From: Chiloscyllium plagiosum
Taxonomy: Eukaryota
Length of the DNA stretch: 61,610 nt
Direction: 5' to 3'
Assembly (NCBI RefSeq): GCF_004010195.1
Contig: NC_057720.1
Span: 35,663,194-35,724,803 of the forward strand
Shown in pieces: positions 50,686 through 61,610 of the stretch (position 1 is the stretch's first letter; the number at the start of each line of letters is the position of its first letter). The notes beneath the pieces are model-generated. The model did no database searches. It was not told the DNA's origin and saw only the letters and a program-made list of their open reading frames with translations. Both the position numbers and the translations under genes were made by a program.

Positions 50686-51721
50686 ATTAAATTATTTAAT
50701 TATCTCTACCTGAATCCTCTCTCCATTCCCTTGAATGGGTAGTGGTTTTGGGCTCAAGCCTCCTAAAAAAGATCAATTTCTGCCACATTAAAAATTAATT
50801 AAATCAAATGGACTACTTTAGTCTTGCTCCTGTAGGTGCATACATTGATAGCTGTACAAAAAATATGAAAACTTCCTGCTAACTGACTACTAGAATTCCA
50901 ATTTTGGACAGACTTTGATTTGGGAGGCCCAGGTACCCACTTTATAACAGGCTTTTAAGCATTGAAATAAAGCCAACAGGCCATTTTCACATTAATCAAC
51001 TCTTTCACTATGGAGTCATTAACCCATCCTGCAAGTCGTGGCCTGTATAGACCAGGAGTCATCAATTTATAATGCAATTTAAAAGGATCCTTAGCTCTAG
51101 TCAGGGAAAGCTGGAAACAGGTATGGCACTCATTTTCATGATACCTTTGGGAGCTTTGAGCTTTAAATGCTTCCTTAACTCCAACTCTCTGCCTGAAGCC
51201 ATGCTCATTAAAATTTCCTGATCTTGAAATATCCTGCTGCATTTTCACCCCCAATGTTTCCAGGTCTCCTGTTTAAGGGGCTGTTGTAGACTTATGATGA
51301 GCAGCTGGCCCACTAGATTTCCAAACCTGCCAAACTGTGAACTGCCTAGAAGTACTGTGATTAGTATTGGTTGATCACTACTCAGTGCAACCTGTCCTAG
51401 GCCTAACCGTCTTCAGCTACTTCATGCTGACCAGGAGTGTCCTGTGGTTATTCCTTGCTAACTGCTTTGCTTTAGATACTATTGAGGGGAATGGCCTCTC
51501 AGGGGAAAGGGACAGGCAAATTTGTTGCAGCACGTTTGGTACTGCAGCACAGGGGAGGAGTTAAAAATGTGGGAATATATTGATTACAGGGGATTCAATT
51601 GTAAGGGAAATAGACATGCTTTTCCATGGCTGCAAACAAGACTCCAGCATAGTAAGTTGTCTAGGGTCAAAGATGTCTGTGAGTGGCTATAAGACATTCT
51701 GGAGGAGGAGAGTGAATAGCC

Positions 51722-51840
51722 AGAAGGGCTTAGGCCCAAAACGTCGATTCTCCTGTTCCGCGGATGTTGCCCAACCAGCTGTGCTTTTCCAGCACCACAC
51801 TCTTGACTCTGATCTCCAGCATCTGCAGTCCTTATTTTCT
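51722..51840 (+). mobile_element. Short PLE-end insertion (family A)
   Basis: agaagggcttaggcccaaaacgtcgattctcctg...ctctgatctccagcatctgcagtcc. Confidence 0.8.
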
Positions 51841-52086
51841 ACTAACAAACAGCATAGGTTGAAAGAAAGGGATAGGTCCTAAAAGCAAGGTGTAGATAGT
51901 TAGGAAGTAAGTTGAACAGGAAGACCTCAGATTTACTACTAGTGCCACATGATAGTGAGTAGAAGTAGTAGGATATGTCAGATATGAGTGGGTGAAGAGA
52001 TGGTGGAATGGGGAAGATTCAGAGTTCTGGGACAGGTCCTGAGTGAGATGGGACCAATATAAACTGGGCCAGTTACACTTGAGTAA

Positions 52087-53850
52087 GAACAAACAAAGAA
52101 CAAAGAAAATTTACAGCCCAGGAACAGGTAATTTGGCCCTCCAAGCCTGAGCCAATCCAAATCCACTGTCTAAACCTGTCACCCAATTCCTAAGCATCTG
52201 TATTCCTCTGCTCCCCATATTCTCATGCATCTGTCCTGACGCATCTTAAATGAATCTACCATGCCTGCCTCTACTACCTCTGCTGGCAACGCGTTCCAGA
52301 CACCCACCACCCTCTGTGTGAAGTACTTGCCACGTGTACCCCCCTTAAACTTTTCACCTCCCACCTTGAAAGCGTGACGTCTCGTTAATGAATCCTTCAC
52401 CCTGGGAAAAAGCTTATCTCTATCTACCCTATACACTATTTATATTGTCCTGTATTCTTTGACTATCTCGATCTATACACTTCATGATTTTGTAGATCTT
52501 AATCAGGTCCCCCCTCAATCTCCTTTTTTCTATTGAAGACAATCCTAACCTACTCAACCACTCTTCATAGCCAACACCTTCCATACCAGGCAACATCCTC
52601 GTAAATTTTCTCTGCACCTTCTCCAAAGCATCCATATCCTTTTGGTGATGTGGCGACCAGAACTGTGCACAGTATTCTAAATGTGGTTGAACCAATGTTG
52701 TGTACAATTGTAACATGACCTGCCAGCTCTTCTACTTAATACCCCATCCAATGAAAGCAAGCACACCATATGCCTTCTTGACCACTCTATCCACCTGTGC
52801 AGCAACCTTCAGGGTACAATGGACCTAAACTCCCAGATCTCTCTGCTCATCAACTTTTCCCAAGGCTCTTCCGTTTACTGTGTAGTTCTCTCTAGAATTA
52901 GACTTCCCAAAATGCATCACCTCACATTTGCCTGGATTGAACTCCATCTACCACTTCTCTGCCCAGCTCTCCAGTCTATTTATATTGTCCTGTATTCTTT
53001 GACAGTCCCCTATGCTTTCTGCTACTCCACTAATCTTCATGCCATCTGCAAACTTGCTGATCATACCAACAGTGTCCTCTTCCAGATCAATTATGTGTAT
53101 CACAAACAACAGTGGCCCCAGCATTGATCCCTGTGGAACACCACTGGCCACCTTTCTCCATTTTGAGAAACTCTCTTCAGCCACTACTCTCTGTCTCTCT
53201 CAACCAGTTCTTTATCCATCTTGTTAGAACACCCTGCACACCATGTGACTTCACTTTCTGTATTAGTTTACTATGGGGAACCTTATCAAATGCCTTACTA
53301 AAGTCCATGCATATGACATCTACAGCCCTTCCTTCATTTATCAACTTGATCACTTCCTAAAAGAACTCTATTAAGTTGGTAAGGCACGATCTCCCCCACA
53401 CAAAACCATGTTGCCTATCATTAATAAGCCCATTTTTTTCCAAATATAAATAGATTATATCCCTCAATACCTTCTCCAGCAACTTCCCCACTACTGACGT
53501 TCAGGCTTACTAGAATATCCCTACTACCCTTCTTGTACAGGGGGACAACATGAGCTACCCTTCTTGTACAGGGGGACAACATGAGCAACCCTCCAGTCCT
53601 CCGGCGCCTCACCTGTGTTTAAGGATGCTCCAAAGATAACTGTCAGGGCACTAGCTGTTTCCTCTCTCGCCTCCCTTAGCAACCTGGGATAGATCCCATC
53701 TGGTCCTGGGGATTTGTCCACCTTAATAACCTCTAGCCTACCCACATATCTTCTCTACTTAAGTCAACATGATCCAGAGTAATCAAACTTCTACCTCTAA
53801 TCTCAACATTCGTCAGGTCCCTCTCCTTAATCAACATGATACAAAGTAAG
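52087..53850 (-). mobile_element. CR1 LINE RT region, nested in the older CR1
   Basis: KSPGPDGIYPRLLREA, GVPQGSMLGPLLF, SKFADGMKISG and HLEYCAQFWSP; the tail reads aacaaacaaagaacaaagaa on the plus strand. Confidence 0.93.
53524..53585. repeat. 31-bp tandem duplication within the CR1
   Basis: ctacccttcttgtacagggggacaacatgag twice (53524-53554, 53555-53585). Confidence 0.92.
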
Positions 53851-54401
53851 ATATGGATAGATGACCTGGTGGAGTATTTTCTAGAGTGATTGGGGAGGCT
53901 TTAAACTATAATGGCAGGGTGATAGTAAATTATGCAATAAGTTTGAGGGAATCAAGGACAAGAATAAAAGATAAATGGGAATCAATAAAGCAATGGGCAG
54001 TGAAATCGAGGGCCCAGATGAAACAGGGACTCAGTGAAAAACAGTGGAAATAGGACAGGCAATATCAAGAAGATAAGATGCACAGAGCATTTGCAATCAC
54101 ACGGATGAATTAATCATAAATATAGTTGGGATTACAGAGACATGGCTGCAGGGTGACCAGGAATGGAACTGAACATCCAGGATTATTCAATATTTAGGAA
54201 GGAAGATAAAAATGAAAAGGCAGTGGAATTGCATTGGTGGTTATAAAATAAATTAATGCAATAATGAAGAAGGTGTGGAATCTGTCTGGGTGGAGCTGAG
54301 AAATGCCAAGGGACAAAGAACATTATTGGGGATTGTTTACTGACCCCAAACTGTAGGGATGGTGTTAGGAATAGCATTAACAGGAAATCAGAGACACATG
54401 C

Positions 54402-54620
54402 TGAAATAACTCCACAGAAGCTGGGATCCCATCACCAAGTCACCATTTATTTACACATGAACAGTGCTCAACTTTAGTATTGCCTAATTCCAAATCAGTT
54501 ACCAAAATGTGTCTCTGATACTAACTCCTTTTTTTGTCAGCCTAGACCAGATTAACAGCCCCAATGAGGGAATTTGTATCCTATGAAGTCCAGCTGGCTG
54601 ACCTCATTATAATCACTATA
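54402..54620 (-). mobile_element. Probable solo LTR
   Basis: About 219-bp foreign block in the CR1 APE region with TG...TA ends (TA read as a mutated CA), flanked by catgc/catgt; AATAAA on the minus strand near 54446-54451. Confidence 0.55.
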
Positions 54621-55134
54621 CATGTAAAAAGGGGATGTCTGCAATTATGGGTCACTTTAATCTACACATCGATTGGGCATTCTACCATTCAATGAAGTCA
54701 TTCTTTGATAATGAATCTGCTCTGATAATTCTTAACTCCACTTTCCTGCCTTTCCCCCATCGTCTTCATTCCCTTACTGATTACAAATCTGTTTACCCCA
54801 TCCTTGAATGTTCTTAGTGACCCAACATCTGCAGCCTTCTGGGGTAAGGAATTCTACAGATTCACCACTCTCTGAGAGAAGAAATTCATCCTCACCTCTG
54901 TCCTAACTGGGCAACTCTTTTTTCTGGTCTTAGACTGCCCTTCAGGAGGAGACAACCACTTTGAATCCATCATGTCACTACCACCACCATCCACCCCCCA
55001 CCCCCCTTCCGCCCTGTTCAGAATCTTTAAATTTCAATAAGGTTATCTTTGTGTTATTCTAAACTCCAATGAGTACAGGGTATAAGTTTTCCCATCGCAA
55101 CCTCCTTAATGACAGTGAGGGTCAACCCACAGCA

Positions 55135-55260
55135 GGTGGACTATAGCATTTCAATAAGGCAGCTCATTACCATCTTCTCAAGGGGGCATCAAGGAATAGG
55201 CAATAAGTGTTGGCCCAGCCAGTGATGCCCACATCCCACAAATGAATACATTTTTAAAAA
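55135..55260 (+). mobile_element. Tail of the second LINE family or its SINE
   Basis: aaggcagctcattaccatcttctcaaggg...gggcaataagtgttggcccagccagtgatgcccacatcccac. Confidence 0.7.
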
Positions 55261-55288
55261 ACATGTCCTCATCAGAAAATCCTGCAAT

Positions 55289-55392
55289 ATCCCTTCTGAT
55301 GAAGGATCACTGGACTCAGAATGTTAACTGTGATTTCTCTCCACAGATGCTGCTTGACCTGCTGAGATTTTCCAGCAATTTCTGTTTCTGCA
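55289..55392 (+). mobile_element. Short PLE-end insertion (family B)
   Basis: ttCTGATGAaggatcactggactcagaatgttaact...ccacagatgctgcttgacctgctgagattttccagcaatttctgttt. Confidence 0.75.
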
Positions 55393-56240
55393 TGTATACC
55401 CGGAATCAACCTTGTGAACTTTCTATGGGGTGCCTCCAAAACCTGTAAATATTGCTTAAGATAAAGAGACCATAATTTTTCACACAATTCTAGGTGTGAT
55501 CTAACTGTGCCTTGTGTAATTTTAGCAAAACATTGCCATTTTTATACTCCATTCACTTTGAAATAAAGACTAGCAGTGTATTTGCCTTCCATATTACCCA
55601 CTGATCTTGTATGATAGCTTTCTATGTTTCACGTAAGGAATCTCAAATCCCTCCGCATTGCAGTCTCTATCCACTTACACAGCATTTAACTCTTCCAGTC
55701 TCCTGCCAAAGTGCATAACCTTACATTTCCCATTATATTTTATTGCTTACTCACTTAGCTTGTCTCTAACCTTCCACAGTCTCTTTGTGTGTCATCCCCA
55801 AACTTGATTTATTGATGTATATCGTAAATAATTGTGGTCCCATCATTGATCACAGGAGTAACACTGTACTAGTTAACTGACTCCCATCTTGAAAGAGTCC
55901 ACTTTATCCTCACGCTCTGTCTAGTATTATTTAGCTAATCCTCTATCCACGCTAGTAACTGTCCCCAACACCCTAATCAAATAGCCTTATGTGCTGTACC
56001 TTATCAGAAATCTTTTGAAAATTTAAATATATTACAAATACTGGTTTACCTTTATCTATCCTGCTTGTAATCTCTTGAACGAATTTTTAAAATATTGTCA
56101 GCCATGATTTTCCCTTCATGAAGCCATGCTAATTCTGCTTGATTATGTGAAATATTTCTAAATCTCCTATTACAGCAATAATAGACTGTAACAATTTGTC
56201 AATGACAATGACTCATGCCTATCCTGACTTGGAAATATTA

Positions 56241-56537
56241 AATGAGATTACTTACAGTGTGGAAACAGGCCCTTCGGCCCAATAAGTCCACACCGACCCA
56301 CTGAAGCGCAATCCACCCAAACCCATTCCCCTACATTTACCACTTCACCTAACACTACGGGCAATTTAGCATGGCCAATTCATCTAACCTGCACATTTTT
56401 GGACTGTGGGAGGAAACCCATACAAACACGGAGAGAATATGCAAACTCCACACAATCAGTCGCCTGAGGTGGGAATTGAACCCGAGTCTGTGGCGCTGTG
56501 AGGCTGCAGTGCTAACCACTGTGCCACTGTGCCGCCT
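56241..56537 (-). mobile_element. HE1-type SINE
   Basis: gattacttacagtgtggaaacaggcccttcggccc...gggaattgaacccgagtc...gtgctaaccactgtgccactgtgccgcc. Confidence 0.88.
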
Positions 56538-56539
56538 GT

Positions 56540-56735
56540 ATCTCTATTCCTTCCATGTCACCAGGTCAAAGTCCTGGAACTCCCTCCCTAATGGCATTGT
56601 TGGTCTACCTACATTTGGACTGTAAAGGTTCAAGAAGGCAGCTTCACCACCACTTTCTCGAGGGTAGCTAGGAATGGGCAATAAATGCTGGTCCAGCCAG
56701 TAATGCTCACATCCCATGAATAAATTCTAAAAACT
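56540..56735 (+). mobile_element. Tail of the second LINE family (its upstream part is at about 56215-56240)
   Basis: tcctggaactccctccctaatggcattg...gttcaagaaggcagct...gggcaataaatgctggtccagccag. Confidence 0.75.
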
Positions 56736-56924
56736 GAGGCCCAAGTATGAACATGAATTAGATGTCATATTGATATTATCAGATTATAAGGTCATCAAGC
56801 AAATAGAGTGGGCACCTTGTCTTGATGTCGATCCACTGTCAGAATTTACCCTATTGACTCTATAGGAGGCACAGTCAAATTTATATCTATTCTGATTTCT
56901 GCAGTGAATGTGCGCTCACCTTCA

Positions 56925-57275
56925 ATAGAACAACATCGCATTTTCAGACTAGGCACTTTACAGCCTTCTGGACTTAATATTGAGTTCAACACCTTCAAAT
57001 TGTAAACCATTTCTTTCCTTATCTTTTAGCTTTCTACTCTCTTTGTCACCAAGTCCTCTCTCCCCTCCCCCCACCCCATTTCAAATCTGGCAGTTCGACA
57101 CACCATTGTTCTGCCATTCTCACATTCTCAGACTTAATCTGAACTATTAATATCTTTTCTCTCTCAGCACTCTACACTCGCTATCTCCACCCCAAGCTAT
57201 AGCATAAATGCTATCCCTCCACACTTTACGTCAGCTTTGAAGAAGAGTCATCTAGACTCGAAATGTTAGCTTGCG

Positions 57276-57309
<34 letters not shown>

Positions 57310-57388
57310 ATGAAGGCTGACCCATAGTGATCTCCAGCATTGGTTGTTTTCAGTACAGATTCCAGCATCTGCATTAATTTGCTTCTAC
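56925..57388 (+). mobile_element. PLE 3' portion (family E): GIY-YIG C-terminus, UTR and hammerhead core
   Basis: EQHRIFRLGTLQPSGLNIEFNTFKL*; agct-TTGAAGA-A-GAGTC-atcta-GACTC-GAAAT-GTT-agct at 57233-57271; (CT)n expansion at about 57276-57309. Confidence 0.8.
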
Positions 57389-57424
57389 AAAGTGTCACTT
57401 AAAGTCTATTAACATATTTTGGAG

Positions 57425-57530
57425 GAGCCAGTGTTGGACGGAGGTGGGCAAAGCTAAAAATCGCACAACACCAGGTTATATTCCAACAGGTCTATTTGTA
57501 CGTGCAGGCTTTCTGAGTGCAAAGCTTCCA
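57425..57530 (-). mobile_element. PLE-end fragment (family C)
   Basis: taaaaatcgcacaacaccaggttatattccaacagg matches 3276-3311. Confidence 0.7.
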
Positions 57531-57944
57531 AATAAGAATCAAGAAAGAAGAAATAAGAGAGGTTATTGTTTAATAATGTAAATATTGGGACTGGGCTGTT
57601 ATTAGTCATGCTGTGAATGATCTTGCTGTTTAGTTTGTTATAATTCCAAGCTATCGAGCAAAGTATCTCACTGTCTTCTTTAATAAAGCCACAGGGCTTT
57701 GGAATAGGCCTTTGTGGGGTCCACTGCATCCAGTAAGACAGCAAAAATCCTATCAGATTCCAATATTGATTCCATTCCTTTCTAAAAGCTACCCTCACAG
57801 AAGTTCTGATGAGATACCCCAGGAAGTTGGTTTCCAAATGTTTGATATGGTGGTCAGCCCTGATTCCTTAATTTTCAGTCAGGCACATTGCTAGGAACCT
57901 CTGCAAAAATGTATTTTCTTGGATGAACACTGTGATATTCCTTG

Positions 57945-58055
57945 AGAGGGATATGGACCAAATGCTGGCAAATGGGACTAGATAAATTTAGGATATCTGG
58001 TCGGCATGGACGAGTTGGACCAAAGGGTCGGTTTCTGCGCTGTACATCTCTAACT
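57945..58055 (+). mobile_element. CR1 3' tail
   Basis: gagggatatggaccaaatgctggcaaatgggactag...gttggaccaaagggtcggtttctgcgctgtacatctc. Confidence 0.85.
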
Positions 58056-58208
58056 CGAAAGATGGAAGAATGGTGGACCACACTAGGATTTAAAAATGCA
58101 ATTTTTTAAACCGCAAACCTATTGCATAGCTCGGCTACTGGAGTGAGAAAGCTTCAAGCAGTCTAAATGGTAGGCTATCTAAACTGCACAAAGACAATTC
58201 CAGAATGG

Positions 58209-58365
58209 TTTGTGTGTGTGTGTGTGTGTATACTGTACACAATGGAATTTGTGTCTGTTATGCATATGGTTGTGTGTGCATTGCATATATATGTCTGATA
58301 TATACATCTGTGCCTATCAGTGTTCTGCATATGATTGTGCGTGTGTACGTATATTTATATGTAAA
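58209..58365. repeat. (TG)n microsatellite and degenerate TG/TA-rich tract
   Basis: tgtgtgtgtgtgtgtgtgta followed by a decayed RY tract. Confidence 0.8.
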
Positions 58366-59181
58366 ATTGTAGGTGCCACGACATTTAGCAGGAAGTCTTC
58401 ATTTAGCTTTGATTCATTCTCGAATTTATTGTATTTTCAAAAATAAGAATTGAATAAAAGCTAGCAAGCATATTTATTTCTCCCCAGGGAATCAATTTAA
58501 GGAGAAAAGTTGATTCTTCTCACAAAAGGACAAAAGTACTCTTTCATAGCAAGAAAAGATAATATTGCGAAGCACTGAATATTTAACAAACAGAGGCACT
58601 TATAGTGTTCTCCTGTGGTATATAAATGCCTGACTGTATTTTGTTTCGGCAACACTCATTGTAATTGGAAGCCTGAGCTTTGTGCTTTGTACTCTGTTAC
58701 ATTTTCTAATAGAGAAAAAAAACAACTGAAAGCGTCTGCTGAATGAAACAGTATCCAGCATATCTCTCAGCATGCAAGCAGAGAAATAACAAATACTATA
58801 AGTGGTACCACTTTGTGCCAGGACCTGGGTACAACAAGGGCTAGGCTTCTGTTTTATTTTACAGTGGTTATTGGTTCAGGTTGGGTCTCAGCCTCTCATC
58901 TTCTCTGTCTCTTTCTGCCTCTCACCACCACAATAAAAATCAGCTGGTTCACATTCTGTACCAGTGACAACATGTCACTTAACAAAGGGACTGTTACAAT
59001 ACTTGTGAGACTCATTGTACAGAATATGAACTGTGTTTATGTAATTTACTTTTATTCTTTTTATTTTTACACTTAATGGAGCAGAATTGTGACAACAAAA
59101 CACTTCTCAATTTTGAAATATATGTGACAATTAATAAATAACTCATAACTCATTATTTCTCCTGATAATGTAACACTATAT

Positions 59182-59256
59182 TGCCTGACCTGCTGTGCTG
59201 TTCCAGCAATAAAGTTTCAACTTTGATCTCCAGCATCTGCAGACCTCACTTTCTCC
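59182..59256 (+). mobile_element. Short PLE-end tail (family A, no ribozyme core)
   Basis: tgcctgacctgctgtgctgttccagc...gatctccagcatctgcagacctcactttctcc. Confidence 0.8.
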
Positions 59257-60807
59257 TGTAAGATGGTGTCTAATGCTTGGATACAAATACTCATCCTGTC
59301 TTTTTAAACTGCACTGAATTATACGATACATGCTTAGAGTAACACCTTAATTCAGTGACTAAAAGAGTATTTCAAGGAATGTTCAATGCTGTTCTTTCAG
59401 ATGAAAGTACAGTGTCATAAGACTCGGAAATGCTGTTACTTGCTTTTTTGCATCTTTGTCCTCAGAGAATTTCTGTTGGAACTCACTGTAATAATTCTGC
59501 AATCATATGTTTCAAAGAACAAAATCCCTCACAGGAGAGGAGGTTGGAAGGTATAATCAGGGGTATAATTGAGTGTGACATCACAGAAATAGACCTTATA
59601 TCCTTAGTTTCCACATGTGAATGGTGCTTGCAAGACTATTATTTGAAAGCAGTTTTTCATTCTTCTCCATTGGAGAGATGATGCGATGGGCTTTGACCTC
59701 ACTCCCTACTCATGGTTATGATTCTATGAAATCAAGTCTTTTAGATGTTGCAATCAATATTTTTCATGAAATGCACTTTTTCTTCCAAATGCTATTTTAT
59801 TGTTCTGACCATAAAGAAACAGTAAAATTAAATAATTAACATCGAAACATGCTTTTGAGGTTGAAAGGAAACAGGGCACTATAGTTTAATAATATATCGA
59901 AAAGTCTATATCTTTGGCTTAGATTACATTTCTATAAAGACAAAATACTCATACTATATTTTAGAATTACTGTCTTCCTGCACATTTCAGCTTATAACAT
60001 ATGAATTAATATGTTACAGAACAACACAAGCAGTTTGATAAAAATGTTATTGATGATCACCAACCTGGCCTAACCATTTCCTTCATTTAAAACACATTAT
60101 TAATATCTGTAATAGTAATGTATTAACAAGAAGAATATATAAATGTATATATATATAGGCAAATTAAACAACAGCGACATATGAGGCCACTTAAAAGTGA
60201 ATTGAATTGAAAAGTACTTGAATGTGCATTTGCATTTATACTTTTTGGATTAAACTCTTTGGATGACATGCGCTGGTTGGATCAGAAGTTCAACTTCAAG
60301 AATTTTTTAAGCATAGGTGTTGTCGCTTCCTTCACTTCAATGTTAATATAGTGCTTTTAAAGGTTAGCTTCAAACCACTTGTAAGTATTCATTGGAATAG
60401 CATTAAAGGAAAAGTGGCAGCACTGTAGGGAATTTACTTTTTTTTAATGTTGTTCAACAAGACTCTTATATATTAATTCTATCAATTTATTATTTTGTTA
60501 CTCCATTAATAAATCCAAGACAAAATATGTTGTTCCAAGATTTAAGTAAAAATCTAACCAGCAATTTAACTGGAAAGTGAACCTAATCTCAACTGTAGAT
60601 GCCTCATAGTGACAGTGCCTAATCTATAGTACACAGTAAAAAAGCAAGAAATCAGAAGTAACAGACTACTTGTTCCTTCAATCCTGGTCTGTCATTTAAT
60701 ACAAAATGACGATCTTGTATAATCTGATCTTCTGTCTCATTCTACTTTTTTGCTCACTCCCTATATCCCTTGACTAAGGAATGAAGTCTATCTACACAGT
60801 CTTGAAT

Positions 60808-61305
60808 AAGATGTTGTGAAACTTGAAAAGGTTCAGAAAAGATTTACAAAAATGTTGCCAGGGTTGGAGGATTTGAGCTATAGGGAGAGGCTGGACAGGC
60901 TGGGGCTGTTTTCCCTGGGGTGTCGGAGGCTGAGGGGTGACCTTATAGAGATTTACAAAATTATAAGGGGCATGGATTGGGTAAATAGGCAAAGTCTTTT
61001 CCCTGGGGTCAGAGAGTCCAGAACTAGAGGGCCATAGGTTCAGGGTGAGAGGGGAAAGATATAAAAGCCACCTAAGGAGCAACTTTTTCATGCAGAGGAT
61101 GGTGCATGTATGGAATGAGCTGCCAGAGGAAGTGGTGGAGGCTAGTACAATTGCAACATTGAAGAGGCATTTGGATGGGCATATGAATAGGAAGGGTTTG
61201 GAGGGATATGGGCTGGTTGCTGGCAGGTGGGACTAGATTAGGTTGGGATATCTGGTCAGCATGGACGTGTTGGACCGAAGGGTCTGTTTCCATGCTGTAC
61301 ATCAA
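60808..61305 (+). mobile_element. CR1/HER1 LINE 3' fragment
   Basis: KLEKVQKRFTKMLPGLEDLSYRERL...LRGDLIEIYKII, followed by the tail. Confidence 0.92.
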
Positions 61306-61610
61306 TAACATAGAACAATACAGCACAGAACAGGCCCTTCGGCCCACGATGTTGTGCCGAACATTTGTCCTAGCTTAAGCACCTATCCATGTACCTATCC
61401 AATTGCTGTTTAAAGGTCACCAATGATTCTGACTCTGCCACTCCCACAGGCAGTGCATTCCATGCCCCCACCACTCTCCCTGACATCCCCCCCATACCTT
61501 CCACCCTTCACCTTAAATTTATGTCCCCTTGTAACACTCTGTTGTACCCGGGGAAAAAGTCTCTGACTGTCTACTCTATCTATTCCCCTGATCATCTTAT
61601 AAACCTCTAT
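61306..61610 (-). mobile_element. CR1 LINE 3' end, tail-to-tail with the previous copy, runs off the window end
   Basis: Minus strand IEVYKMIRGIDRVDSQRLFPRV...RGHKFKVKGGRY; tail acatagaacaatacagcacagaacaggccc on the plus strand. Confidence 0.9.

Larger units (their letters stand above)
51440..54680 (+). mobile_element. Older CR1 5' region (ORF1 SGNH esterase plus ORF2 APE), split by three insertions
   Basis: ORF 51580 ITGDSIVREID...DSSIVSCL is the GDS motif of a CR1 ORF1 esterase; 54120-54180 IVGITETWLQGDQEW; 54640 IMGHFNLHIDW resembles the APE GDFN motif. Confidence 0.8.
54680..56200 (-). mobile_element. Old CR1 LINE RT and 3' fragment with nested insertions
   Basis: Minus strand HGFMKGKS, DKVQH and LEAPHRKFTRLIPG, plus ttcttctctcagagagtggtgaatctgtagaattc. 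Confidence 0.7.

Overview
Repeat-rich, AT-rich vertebrate DNA, probably intronic or intergenic. The repeat content (HE1-type V-SINEs, HER1/CR1 LINEs, a SacSINE1-like DeuSINE) points to a shark; a bamboo or carpet shark is my inference. I found no host protein-coding exon, rRNA, true tRNA or CRISPR array that I can support. The longer ORFs in the track are pieces of transposons or their antisense strands. Main contents: many CR1 LINE copies (one with ORF1 esterase remnants), an L2 fragment, a second LINE family, tRNA-derived SINEs, decayed PIF/Harbinger transposase and Myb/SANT remnants, a probable solo LTR, a 276-N gap and numerous Penelope-like element (PLE) pieces. The most striking pattern is a set of short, mostly TSD-flanked PLE-end insertions from at least five families. 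They carry minimal hammerhead-ribozyme cores whose stems covary, and several are fold-back palindromes that invert a few bases upstream of the ribozyme core. Family names come from recognising motifs by eye, not from a database search, and boundaries of old elements are approximate.
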